The translations under genes were made by a program, and so were the position numbers. Below the pieces are notes generated by a model that was not told the DNA's origin, did no database searches, and saw only the letters and a program-made list of their open reading frames with translations. This document shows positions 17,246 through 27,367 of a DNA stretch of 64,000 nucleotides, in pieces. Numbering within the stretch: position 1 is the first letter of the stretch; each line of letters begins with the position of its first letter. The DNA comes from Lachnospirales bacterium (GTDB lineage Bacteria > Bacillota > Clostridia > Lachnospirales > CAMZNU01). The stretch spans positions 3,158 through 67,157 of the forward strand of contig JBKEBX010000021.1 in NCBI GenBank assembly GCA_047973385.1. The letters are read 5' to 3'.

Positions 17246-17418
17246 TGCTTCATTGCAAAATATAGAAAAATCCATTTTCATAACAAAACAACGGCTTTGT
17301 GGCTTTTGACAAAACCCAAGGAAAGGTTGTATCATCGCCATTTCCTGCATTTGTCAAAAGCATGAAAATTTGGTTTTTATTTTGCAATGTGCCATTATTT
17401 AAACTTTGCAACGTTTCT
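17246..17418 (+). mobile_element. MITE copy C (full length, 173 bp)
   Basis: Terminal inverted repeats; internal 12 bp inverted repeat GCTTTTGACAAA/TTTGTCAAAAGC; TAAT direct repeat (17242-17245 and 17419-17422). Confidence 0.85.
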
Positions 17419-17436
17419 TAATATATTTTTCCTAAT

Positions 17437-17464
17437 AAAAAAAGGCTTTTACAAGCCTTTTTTT
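17437..17464. terminator. Bidirectional intrinsic terminator
   Basis: A7-GGCTT..AAGCC-T7. Confidence 0.75.
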
Positions 17465-17485
17465 CATTTATATTGGTAAATCAAT

Positions 17486-18481
17486 TTATTTATTAAAAAT
17501 AATATCATGATATTTAAAAATAATGTCAAGATCTGAATCAACACCTGTTTTTAGCGAACGGTTTTGAACTAATTCAAGAAAATCTTGATATGAAATCTTT
17601 TCATCAACGAATAATCCAAAATTATTCACAAGTCCAATTCCTTCGTTTAAACCTAAGCTGTATAAGTCAACAAAAGAAGTTTCATGAACTAAAGTATCAT
17701 TCCAAGGAGAGCACCAGTCACCTTTTTTAAGATTTAAGAAGTCTAATGGACTATTACAAGTTCCTTCTATAAGGTTAGTAAACTGTTTTTCACAAACTTT
17801 TAAATCTTCACCAATATTTTTAAAATTACTACCTCTAGTAGAAAATAGGTTTAAAGCTTTTATAGCATACATCATCATTTTAAGACTAAGTTTAACATCT
17901 GAAACTGTAACATTTCTATCATATGCAACACTTATGCTTTTAGATAAAAGCTTAGCAATAACGTCTGTTTGCTTATCATCAGCCTCAACAAGATGCCATA
18001 TTTTTTCATCTCTAGGCGAACCATTTTCCGTAAAAGCTTCATGAATCATATTATCTATGTTAGATTCAAGTTTTCTATGTAAAAGGGAATATCTAAGTTG
18101 AAAAGGCTGACGGCCTTTTTTACTAAATCCCGATTTATAATAAATATAAGGGTGTGTATTTATATCCAAAGTATAGTGAGTTATATAACCTGCTATATAT
18201 GAAAAAGCAATCTGTCGCTCCATGCTTGTAGGAAAAGCTTTCGCCTCTCTAACCATTTCACCAAAAAATCTATTTATATTTTGTTTATGTAAAATCTGAC
18301 CTAAATTTCTAGTATCCTTTTTGAAAAAAGTAAGAAAGTCATAAAAGAATAAATCTGGCCCTTGTGAACCAATGTAGTATGCCTCTTTGTAATTTTCAAT
18401 AATTCCTTGATACTTCATCTCAGTATTTTTTAAAATAATTTCTCCACCAATTAAATGTGTTACTAATCCAGGAATTTTCAC
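17486..18481 (-). CDS. Zinc-dependent phospholipase C-like family protein
   Basis: PG..TH, GSQGPDLFFY, GYITHYTLD..THPYIY, H..LE..ID motifs. Confidence 0.8.
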   Translation of the reverse strand: MKIPGLVTHLIGGEIILKNTEMKYQGIIENYKEAYYIGSQGPDLFFYDFLTFFKKDTRNLGQILHKQNINRFFGEMVREAKAFPTSMERQIAFSYIAGYITHYTLDINTHPYIYYKSGFSKKGRQPFQLRYSLLHRKLESNIDNMIHEAFTENGSPRDEKIWHLVEADDKQTDVIAKLLSKSISVAYDRNVTVSDVKLSLKMMMYAIKALNLFSTRGSNFKNIGEDLKVCEKQFTNLIEGTCNSPLDFLNLKKGDWCSPWNDTLVHETSFVDLYSLGLNEGIGLVNNFGLFVDEKISYQDFLELVQNRSLKTGVDSDLDIIFKYHDIIFNK

Positions 18482-18725
18482 TACCCCCTTAAGAAATATA
18501 AAATATAATAAGTAACATTCACAATATAGATTGTATTTTATTCTATTACATATTATAATAAAATAAAAACCCTACACTACTATTATACCACTTTATGTGT
18601 AAGAAAGGAATAACTTTTTTCATTTTCTACATTATGTACAATTTTTTATAAATATATCTATTTTTATTTAAGTAAATTGCTACATAATTATTATCCGTAG
18701 AAAATAAAAAAAATATACAATCATT

Positions 18726-20156
18726 ATGTTTAATAAAAATTTTCATAAAGACAAATATATTTCCGAAGCCATAGACGATTATTTAAAGGAAAATCTTACA
18801 TCATTTCATATGCCATCACACAAAAATAGAAATCTATTTTTTCCTGAAAATTTACTTAGCATAGATTTTACAGAAATTTATGGCTTTGATAACCTTAGTA
18901 ACCCTCAAAATACAATTAAAAAATCTTTAGAAAGAATTGAAAAAATTTATAATACTAAAAAAAGCTATATACTTGTAAATGGCTCAACTATTGGTATTTT
19001 AACAAGTATATTATCAACTTTGTCAGAAGATGACTTAGTTTTAATTGGTCGTGACAGTCATAAATCTGTTTTTTCAGGTATAGAACTTGCTAAATGTGAC
19101 TATAAATTTATTTATAAAAATAAATCGCAGTATAATAATTATACAGATTTTGATTATGAAAATTTAGAGAATACTATTATAAAAACCTTAAAGTTACGAA
19201 AAATTAAGGCAATGGTTGTCACTTCTCCTACTTATGAAGGTATCCCTTGCGATATAGAAAAGCTTAGTAAAATAACTAAAAAATATAATATTATTTTAAT
19301 TGTTGATGAGGCACATGGTGCCCATTTCCCTCATAATAAAAGTTTGCCCTTTAGTGCAATAAATAAAGGAGCTGATATAGTTATACAAAGTTTGCATAAA
19401 ACTATGCCAGCTCTTACCCAGACAGCACTTTTGCATATATGCACAAACAAAGTATCCGTATCAAATATAGAAAAATACTTATACATGCTGCAAACAACAA
19501 GCCCAAGTTATATTTTTATTTACACAATAGATAAACTTATGGAAAATCTTGACAAACTACCTTTTGAAAATCAAAAAAAATCCTTAAAATTTTTTATAAA
19601 GTCCTTTAAAGAACTTAGTAAAAATGATATAATGGTATTAGATTATGTAGATTTTGAAGTTTCTGCACATGATTACACAAGATTAGTTCTGTTTTCCAAA
19701 AAAATTAATGGTGAAACACTGCATAATATTCTTTTAGAAAAGTATAAGTTCAACTTTGAAATGTTTACAGAAAATTATTGTATCGGTATAACATCTTCCT
19801 TTGACGATTTTTCATGTTATGATAAACTAAAAAACGCTTTACTCGAAATTGAAAAGGATTTTGCTCATTTACCTAATCGTATTTTAGTAAAATCTTTAGA
19901 TGAACAAAATTATGAAATTATAAAATATAGAGATTGGGATAATTATGCTTTAAATTCTTTAGACAATTCTGCCGGAGAAATAGCTTATGAAGATATTATC
20001 CCCTACCCTCCAGGTATACCATTAATATGTAAAGGCGAACAAATCACATTTGAGCATATAAACAATATAAAAAAAATATTAAATAATAAAATTGAGGTGC
20101 TAAATATTTATGAAAAAAACAATGATGAAAAACCATATATTAAAACTAGAAAGTAG
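18726..20156 (+). CDS. Orn/Lys/Arg decarboxylase family PLP enzyme (YaaO-like)
   Basis: FHMPSHK, LVNGST, HKSV, TSPTYEG, DEAHGAH, SLHKT (PLP lysine), QTTSPSY. Confidence 0.9.
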   Translation: MFNKNFHKDKYISEAIDDYLKENLTSFHMPSHKNRNLFFPENLLSIDFTEIYGFDNLSNPQNTIKKSLERIEKIYNTKKSYILVNGSTIGILTSILSTLSEDDLVLIGRDSHKSVFSGIELAKCDYKFIYKNKSQYNNYTDFDYENLENTIIKTLKLRKIKAMVVTSPTYEGIPCDIEKLSKITKKYNIILIVDEAHGAHFPHNKSLPFSAINKGADIVIQSLHKTMPALTQTALLHICTNKVSVSNIEKYLYMLQTTSPSYIFIYTIDKLMENLDKLPFENQKKSLKFFIKSFKELSKNDIMVLDYVDFEVSAHDYTRLVLFSKKINGETLHNILLEKYKFNFEMFTENYCIGITSSFDDFSCYDKLKNALLEIEKDFAHLPNRILVKSLDEQNYEIIKYRDWDNYALNSLDNSAGEIAYEDIIPYPPGIPLICKGEQITFEHINNIKKILNNKIEVLNIYEKNNDEKPYIKTRK

Positions 20157-21416
20157 GTGTTTCTTATAAAGGATAAAAGCAAATTCCGTGAGCCATATCT
20201 ACTCCATTTATCTGTGTGTATATTTGTTATTATAATGGCTTATTTAACTAATAAAGATGGAAATATTTATAATGGATTTATAGAAATCTTAAATTCCCAA
20301 AGTGTGCTTGTTTCTGATTATACGGATATAGGTGGTGTATCAGCATCCTTACTTAACGCTGGTCTTTGTGGTATTATAGTTTTAGCTATTTTATACATAT
20401 CCGATATGAAACTTAACGGCTCACTTATAATGTGCTTTTGGTTGATTTTTGGCTTTGGTTTTTTTGGCAAAAACGTAATTAACATTTTGCCTATTATACT
20501 TGGGGGATACCTATATTCTGTTAACAAAAAAGAACCCTTCTCAAGATATTCTCTTGTAACCTTGTTATCAACAACCCTTGCTCCTGCCGTAAGTTCTGTG
20601 GGACACTTGTTTGTATATAAGGGTATGCCCGTGGCAATCATAACAGCCACATCTGTAGGTATACTTATAGGATTTGTAATGCCATCTATTTCATCAAATG
20701 CTATGAAGGCACATTCGGGATTTAACCTTTATAATGTTGGTTTTGCAGGTGGTATGGTAGGTATATTTCTAATGGGATTTTTTAGAGTATTTGATAAGTC
20801 TTTTCCTACAAACTCTAATTGGGGAACAGGAAACAGTGAAATTTTAACTTTTATTGCAATATGTATTTTTATACTATTTATTATATACGGAATTAAAACT
20901 TCTGACAATACAAAACAAGGCATGAAGTCTATTTTTAAAAGCAAAGGGCGTCTTGTATCGGATTATTACTTAATGTATGGTAATGTTAGTTATATAAATA
21001 TGGGATTAAATGGACTTCTTGCGATTTTTGTAGTATACTTTATAGGTGCTGAAGTTAATGGCGCTACATATGCAGGTATATTTACCATTTTTGGCTTTGG
21101 GGTTTTCGGAAAACATTTGAAAAATATGTTCCCTGTATTAATTGGTGCTATTTTAACAGGAGGCCTTACTTCTCTTGGACTAGAAAGCCACGCTATTATA
21201 CTAGGTATTCTTTTTTCAACTGGACTTGCACCAATAGCCGGTACTTTTGGAGCAATAGACGGTATTATAACTGGTGCCATGCATATTATCGTTGTTGCAA
21301 ATCTTGCCCCTATCCATGGTGGTTTAAACCTTTATAATAACGGTCTTGCTGCTGGTATAGTATGTATAATTTTAATACCAGTTATAACAACCTTTAGACG
21401 AAGTGACTTTAACTAA
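20157..21416 (+). CDS. DUF1576-like polytopic membrane protein
   Basis: Highly hydrophobic; two internally related halves (GFGFFGKN / GFGVFGKH); GFNLYNVGF and GLNLYNNG motifs. Confidence 0.8.
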   Translation: MFLIKDKSKFREPYLLHLSVCIFVIIMAYLTNKDGNIYNGFIEILNSQSVLVSDYTDIGGVSASLLNAGLCGIIVLAILYISDMKLNGSLIMCFWLIFGFGFFGKNVINILPIILGGYLYSVNKKEPFSRYSLVTLLSTTLAPAVSSVGHLFVYKGMPVAIITATSVGILIGFVMPSISSNAMKAHSGFNLYNVGFAGGMVGIFLMGFFRVFDKSFPTNSNWGTGNSEILTFIAICIFILFIIYGIKTSDNTKQGMKSIFKSKGRLVSDYYLMYGNVSYINMGLNGLLAIFVVYFIGAEVNGATYAGIFTIFGFGVFGKHLKNMFPVLIGAILTGGLTSLGLESHAIILGILFSTGLAPIAGTFGAIDGIITGAMHIIVVANLAPIHGGLNLYNNGLAAGIVCIILIPVITTFRRSDFN

Positions 21417-21445
21417 AAAAAAAATAATGTAAGAGGTGAAGAAAA

Positions 21446-21823
21446 TTGAGTTATAAAATAGAAAAATCAATGAGAATAATAGATGAACTTGTAGGATTTT
21501 GTTGTAAGCGTGGAGCTAACGATGTTGATATACATTATAACACAACGAACAAAGTTCAAACAGTCATAACAATTGTTGCTAGAAATATAAATGTTACAGA
21601 CGAAGATATTCAAATCTTAACAACTGCATTAAACCAAAACCGTCAACGTGAAGTTGAGGAGTGTTTTTGGCTGATTTCTGGCGATGATTCTTTTGGAGAT
21701 GAACTTCCTCTTGTTGGTATTATGCTTGATAAAAGTGAAGTTGTATACGAAAATGGTACTCTTACTATAACTTCATATAGAGAGGAAAAGCAAGTAGATG
21801 AAAGCAATTTTTGGTCTAGGTAA
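21446..21823 (+). CDS. Conserved clostridial hypothetical protein
   Basis: RBS GAGGTG with TTG start; RIIDEL..F...GA and EVEECFW.ISG....ELPLVG.MLD pattern. Confidence 0.65.
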   Translation: MSYKIEKSMRIIDELVGFCCKRGANDVDIHYNTTNKVQTVITIVARNINVTDEDIQILTTALNQNRQREVEECFWLISGDDSFGDELPLVGIMLDKSEVVYENGTLTITSYREEKQVDESNFWSR

Positions 21824-22355
21824 TTATGGACGTGAGTATAATAATACAAGACATAATATAGGTTTTGAGGTTTTAGATAAACTCGCCTTTGACAACAATA
21901 TTAAAATCGAAAAAAAGAAATTCAAAGGTCTTGTGGGAGAAGGTTATATAGGAAATGAAAAATGTATTTTAGTTAAACCTCTAACTTATATGAACTTATC
22001 AGGTCTTTGCGTTAAAAAGGTTTTAAATTTCTATAAAGTTCCTCTAGAAGATTTGATAATTGTATATGATGATATAGCCCTTGATGTTGGCAAAATCAGA
22101 ATACGCAAACAAGGTAGTTCTGGTGGTCAAAAAGGCATACAAAGCGTAATTTACGAACTTGGAACACAGGAAATACAACGTGTTCGTGTTGGTGTTGGCG
22201 AAAAACCTCCAACAATTGTACTTAGCGACTATGTCCTATCAAAATTTTTCAAAGAAGAACTTGAAGACCTTATAAAAGGCGTAACCCTCGCAACATCAGC
22301 TTTGGAGGACTTTACAAATACGCCTATTGACAAAGTTATGTCTAAATATAATTAA
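21798..22355 (+). CDS. pth: Peptidyl-tRNA hydrolase
   Basis: GLGNYG.EY..TRHNIGF, KPLTYMNLSG, VYDDI, GSSGGQKG. Confidence 0.97.
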   Translation: MKAIFGLGNYGREYNNTRHNIGFEVLDKLAFDNNIKIEKKKFKGLVGEGYIGNEKCILVKPLTYMNLSGLCVKKVLNFYKVPLEDLIIVYDDIALDVGKIRIRKQGSSGGQKGIQSVIYELGTQEIQRVRVGVGEKPPTIVLSDYVLSKFFKEELEDLIKGVTLATSALEDFTNTPIDKVMSKYN

Positions 22356-22365
22356 TGAGGTTTAT

Positions 22366-25300
22366 ATGGAAGAAATGTTCGTAAATCCCTTTGCTAAAAA
22401 GTTACTTGAACTTAATAGCTTTGTGGATTTTAAAGATAATTTAGTAATAGAAAAAAATAAAATAAATTTACAAGGTGTTCTAGATTCCCAAAAAGAACAT
22501 CTTATTTTTGCGATTAAAAGCCAAATAAACAACAAGTCTTTAGTTATAACACATAATGAAAAAAAAGCTCGTGAAATGTACAATAACCTACGATTTTATC
22601 TAAAAGAAGATGTGTATTTATACCCCCAAAAAGACATTTTGTTTTATTCAGCTGACGTTAAATCAATCGATATTATGAAAGAACGTTCTAAGATTTATGA
22701 AAAACTTTTTTCAGGTGAAAATATTACTATTGTTCTATCAATTGACGCTTTATTTGATAGGCTTTCACCAAAAGAAATTTTACAAAACAATTTTATAACC
22801 ATAAGTATAGGCGATATTTTTTCTTTAGAAAATCTTATATCTATTCTTATTTCAATCGGTTATAAACGACGTTCCCAAGTTGAAAATGCAGGTCAATTTT
22901 CTGTACGAGGTGGTATAATTGATATTTTTACAACTACCCTTGAAACAGCTATAAGAATTGAGTTTTGGGGAGATGAAATTGATAGTATCCGTATACTTGA
23001 TGAAAACAACGTACGTTCTGTTGAGAAAATAGATACTGTTAAAATTTCACCTGTTACTGAGCTTATTTTTACTAAAGATGATATAAATCTTGCCCTTACT
23101 AAAATAAATCTTGAGTACACAGAACAACTTAAAACCTTTGAAAGTCAAGGAATGCATGAAGAATATGACAACTTACGTCATACTTTTAATCAAATCATTG
23201 AGGGATTAGAGGAGTTTGGATATTGTAAAAACATGGAGCTACTTCTCCCCTATTTTTATGAGGAAAAATATTCATTATTTGATTATCTTGACTCATCTTT
23301 TATTGTTTTTTTTGATGAATTTAATCGTATTGAAGAAAAGAGCAACTTCATCGAAAGAGATTATAAAGAAAGTTTAAATAGTCGCTTACTTAAAGGATAT
23401 ACACTTAAAACTTCTACAAACCTTATAAACACTACTTACGATATATTGTATAAGGCAAGTAACTTTAGATGTGTTAATCTTTCAAGTATTATGTCACTTT
23501 CACCAAACTCTTTATTTACTAAAAACGAAACTACAACAATAGAATTTTCTGTACAATTGCCTGTTGCTATAAAAAATGATATTGTTGAGTTTAAAGAAAC
23601 TGTAAAAGAATATAAGGAAAAAGATTATTCTGTTGTTATTCTTACATCTAGTAAAACAAAGGGTATAACTTTAGCAAAAGAATTTGAATATGATGATATT
23701 CATGCTACTTTTTATGAAAGTAGTAATTCAATTGAATTTGAAAAAGGAATCTACATTTTAAGAGGTTCTTTAAGTAGTGGTTTTATATATCCAGATATTA
23801 AATTTATAGTTTTTAACGAAAGTGACGTTTTCCAAAATACTCCTAGTAAAAAAGTTAAAAAATTTAAAGATGGCAAAAAAATATCTAACTATACTGACTT
23901 AAAAGTTGGCGATTATGTTGTACACATAAATCATGGTATTGGTGTGTTTAAAGGTGTTGAAAAAATAACAATAGACGGTATATCAAAGGACTATGTTAAA
24001 ATTGGTTTTGCCGATAACGGCAATATTTATGCACCAACTAACCAACTTGATTTAATTCAAAAATATATAGGCAAAGAAGTAAATGTAAAACTTAATAAAC
24101 TTGGTGGTGGAGAATGGCAAAAAACTAAACTTAGAACTAAAAAGGCAATTGAAATCCTTGCTCAAGATTTAATCGAACTTTATGCAAAAAGAGAGTCATC
24201 TAAAGGGTATGAGTATTCTAAAGATTCTTCATGGCAAAGTGAATTTGAGGGTGATTTCCCATATGTTGAAACTGACGACCAAATCGGTGCAATTATTGAT
24301 GTGAAATCCGATATGGAAAGTTCTAAGGTTATGGATAGACTTATATGTGGTGATGTTGGTTATGGTAAAACAGAAATTGCCATACGTGCAGCTTTTAAAG
24401 CTGTACAAGACGGAAAGCAAGTTGCTTATCTTTGCCCAACAACCATTTTAGCCCAACAGCATTACAATACCTTTGTTCAAAGAATGCAAGACTATCCTAT
24501 AAATATAGAATTGCTATCAAGGTTTAGAACAAAAAAACAAATTGAACAAGCATTGGAAAAAACAAAAATTGGTAATAGCAATATTATTATAGGTACTCAT
24601 AGACTACTATCAAAAGACGTTACTTTTTATGACTTAGGCTTAGTTATTGTTGATGAAGAACAACGTTTTGGCGTAACACATAAGGAAAAGTTGAAGAAGC
24701 TTAAAAAAAATGTTGATGTAATGACCCTTACGGCAACTCCTATACCTCGTACATTGCACATGAGTATGTCAGGTATAAGAGATATGAGTGTTTTAAGTAT
24801 GCCTCCTATGGAACGTTTGCCTATTCAGACCTATGTTTTAGAACACAATGATGCTTATATAAGAGAGGCAATAAATCGTGAACTTAACAGAAATGGTCAA
24901 GTTTTCTATTTGCACAACAGAGTTTCTACAATTGAAAAAGTAGCCGATAACATTAAAAAACTTGTTCCTGATGCTACTGTTGTTTATGCTCATGGTCAAA
25001 TGTCTGAACGTCAACTCGAAAATATTATGAACGGCTTTATAAACAAAGAATATGATATATTAGTTTGCACAACCATTATTGAAACTGGTCTTGATATAAG
25101 TAACGCCAATACAATAATTATTGATAATGCTGATTCTCTAGGACTATCTACTTTGTATCAACTTCGTGGTCGTGTTGGACGTAGCCACAGAAATGCTTTT
25201 GCATATCTTTTATATAAAAGAGATAAGGTTTTAAGTGAAGTTGCTGAAAAACGCTTAGAAACAATTAAAAACTTTACTGAGTTCGGTAGTGGTTTTAAAA

Positions 25301-25905
25301 TAGCTATGAGAGATTTGGAAATACGTGGTGCAGGTTCTCTGCTTGGCGAACACCAATCAGGTCACCTTGAAACTGTGGGTTACGAGATGTATTGTAAGCT
25401 TCTTGATGAAGCAATACATGAGTTACAAGGTAAAGGTGTGAAAAAGGATATTAAAACAACTATAGAAATGCAAACTTCTGCCTTTATACCAAACACTTAT
25501 ATACATGACGAATTACAAAAAATAGATATATACAAAAAAATATCTATGCTTCGTACAACAGATGACCTTTACGACTTAGAAGATGAACTTGTTGACCGTT
25601 TTGGCGATATACCAAAGGAAGTTATACATCTTACAAATATTGCAATTTTAAAGGTGCGTTTAAACAGTATCGGTATAACGAACCTTACACAAAAAGGTGA
25701 CTATATTCATTTACTTTGTACTAAAGATGCAAATATTTCTATTGCATCTCTTGAAAATATAAACAAAATTGATAGAGCTAGAGTCAAAGTTAAACTTGAA
25801 GAAAGTCCTTTAATTATATATAAGATAAAAGGCGATTATAGGGAAAAAAACTATGACTTAGTATATGAAGTTAATCAGTTGCTTGATGATATAACTTTAG
25901 AATAA
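22366..25905 (+). CDS. mfd: Transcription-repair coupling factor
   Basis: UvrB-homology module, RID (GDYVVHINHGIG), DRLICGDVGYGKT, DEEQRFG, TATPIPRT, QLRGRVGR, TRG motif. ATG 22366 follows GAGG. Confidence 0.98.
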   Translation: MEEMFVNPFAKKLLELNSFVDFKDNLVIEKNKINLQGVLDSQKEHLIFAIKSQINNKSLVITHNEKKAREMYNNLRFYLKEDVYLYPQKDILFYSADVKSIDIMKERSKIYEKLFSGENITIVLSIDALFDRLSPKEILQNNFITISIGDIFSLENLISILISIGYKRRSQVENAGQFSVRGGIIDIFTTTLETAIRIEFWGDEIDSIRILDENNVRSVEKIDTVKISPVTELIFTKDDINLALTKINLEYTEQLKTFESQGMHEEYDNLRHTFNQIIEGLEEFGYCKNMELLLPYFYEEKYSLFDYLDSSFIVFFDEFNRIEEKSNFIERDYKESLNSRLLKGYTLKTSTNLINTTYDILYKASNFRCVNLSSIMSLSPNSLFTKNETTTIEFSVQLPVAIKNDIVEFKETVKEYKEKDYSVVILTSSKTKGITLAKEFEYDDIHATFYESSNSIEFEKGIYILRGSLSSGFIYPDIKFIVFNESDVFQNTPSKKVKKFKDGKKISNYTDLKVGDYVVHINHGIGVFKGVEKITIDGISKDYVKIGFADNGNIYAPTNQLDLIQKYIGKEVNVKLNKLGGGEWQKTKLRTKKAIEILAQDLIELYAKRESSKGYEYSKDSSWQSEFEGDFPYVETDDQIGAIIDVKSDMESSKVMDRLICGDVGYGKTEIAIRAAFKAVQDGKQVAYLCPTTILAQQHYNTFVQRMQDYPINIELLSRFRTKKQIEQALEKTKIGNSNIIIGTHRLLSKDVTFYDLGLVIVDEEQRFGVTHKEKLKKLKKNVDVMTLTATPIPRTLHMSMSGIRDMSVLSMPPMERLPIQTYVLEHNDAYIREAINRELNRNGQVFYLHNRVSTIEKVADNIKKLVPDATVVYAHGQMSERQLENIMNGFINKEYDILVCTTIIETGLDISNANTIIIDNADSLGLSTLYQLRGRVGRSHRNAFAYLLYKRDKVLSEVAEKRLETIKNFTEFGSGFKIAMRDLEIRGAGSLLGEHQSGHLETVGYEMYCKLLDEAIHELQGKGVKKDIKTTIEMQTSAFIPNTYIHDELQKIDIYKKISMLRTTDDLYDLEDELVDRFGDIPKEVIHLTNIAILKVRLNSIGITNLTQKGDYIHLLCTKDANISIASLENINKIDRARVKVKLEESPLIIYKIKGDYREKNYDLVYEVNQLLDDITLE

Positions 25906-25970
25906 CAAGTAACAGCTTTTCTTTTACAATCAGCCATTCTTCCAGTTTCTTGCGTTCCAACTATTTTAAC

Positions 25971-26010
25971 AATAAAAAAGGTACTGAGTAATACTCAGTA
26001 CCTTTTATTT
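25971..26010. terminator. Bidirectional terminator between mfd and tuf
   Basis: Perfect AAAAGGTACTGAGTA/TACTCAGTACCTTTT inverted repeat. Confidence 0.9.
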
Positions 26011-26045
26011 TTTTAAGCTTTAACTTATAAACTTACAAAGTAAGA

Positions 26046-27239
26046 TTACTTAACGATTTCGTTAACGTTACCAGCTCCAACTGTTCTACCACCCTCACGG
26101 ATAGAGAAACGAACACCTTTTTCCATAGCGATTGGAGTAATTAACTCAACGTTCATCTCTACGTTATCACCAGGCATACACATTTCAACACCATCAGGTA
26201 ATGTGATTACACCAGTAACGTCAGTAGTTCTGAAATAGAATTGTGGACGGTAGTTGTTAAAGAATGGCTTATGACGTCCACCTTCATCTGAAGATAATAC
26301 ATAAACTTGTGCACTAAAGTCAGTATGTGGAGTTATAGAACCTGGCTTCGCAAGAACTTGACCTCTTTCGATTTCAGTTCTTTGAACACCTCTAAGTAAA
26401 GCACCGATGTTATCACCAGCTTGAGCTTCATCAAGAAGTTTACGGAACATTTCAATACCTGTAACAACGATTTTTCTAGACTCTTCAGCTAAACCAACAA
26501 GTTCAACTTCGTCTTGAACGTGAAGAGTACCAGCCTCAACACGACCTGTAGCAACTGTACCACGACCAGTGATTGAGAACACGTCCTCTACTGGCATGAT
26601 GAAAGGTTTGTCTGTTTCACGAACTGGAGTTGGGATATACTCATCAATGATTTCAAATAATTCAACAATTTTATCGCCCCAAGCACCTGAAGTGTCTTGT
26701 AACGCTTGGAATGCAGAACCTTGGATAATTGGAGTATCATCACCTGGGAAATCATACTCAGATAATAAATCTCTGATTTCCATATCTACTAATTCAATTA
26801 ATTCTTCGTCTTCAACCATGTCACATTTGTTCATGAATACAACGATTTTTGGAACACCAACTTGACGAGCAAGAAGGATATGCTCACGAGTTTGAGCCAT
26901 AGGACCATCTGTTGCAGCAACAACAAGGATAGCACCATCCATTTGAGCAGCACCTGTGATCATGTTTTTAACGTAGTCAGCATGTCCTGGGCAGTCAACG
27001 TGTGCATAGTGACGGTTTGGAGTTTCATATTCAACGTGAGTTGTAGAAATTGTAATTCCACGCTCTTTTTCCTCTGGTGCTTTATCGATTTTATCAAAAG
27101 CAACTTCTTCACCTAATTGATATCTGTCGTAAAGAGTTTTAGTGATAGCAGCAGTAAGAGTAGTCTTACCATGGTCAACGTGACCAATAGTACCGATATT
27201 AACGTGTGGTTTACTTCTTTCAAATTTAGCTTTAGCCAT
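26046..27239 (-). CDS. tuf: Elongation factor Tu
   Basis: [28 protein letters not shown]. Confidence 0.99.
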   Translation of the reverse strand: MAKAKFERSKPHVNIGTIGHVDHGKTTLTAAITKTLYDRYQLGEEVAFDKIDKAPEEKERGITISTTHVEYETPNRHYAHVDCPGHADYVKNMITGAAQMDGAILVVAATDGPMAQTREHILLARQVGVPKIVVFMNKCDMVEDEELIELVDMEIRDLLSEYDFPGDDTPIIQGSAFQALQDTSGAWGDKIVELFEIIDEYIPTPVRETDKPFIMPVEDVFSITGRGTVATGRVEAGTLHVQDEVELVGLAEESRKIVVTGIEMFRKLLDEAQAGDNIGALLRGVQRTEIERGQVLAKPGSITPHTDFSAQVYVLSSDEGGRHKPFFNNYRPQFYFRTTDVTGVITLPDGVEMCMPGDNVEMNVELITPIAMEKGVRFSIREGGRTVGAGNVNEIVK

Positions 27240-27367
27240 TTTAAATTGCCTCCTTATTAATAGGTTAATTAATTTTAATTATTTATATACTATTATAGTA
27301 AATTTTCTTATAATTTACAAGTAGTTTGAAGAAAAAAATTATAATTTGTGTAAAATTTTCCTCTAAA

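Noticed and set aside
25906-25970. Short minus-strand frame ERKKLEEWL resembling an excisionase C-terminus
   Set aside because: Too short, no start or RBS context, and no integrase or att site nearby; likely chance.
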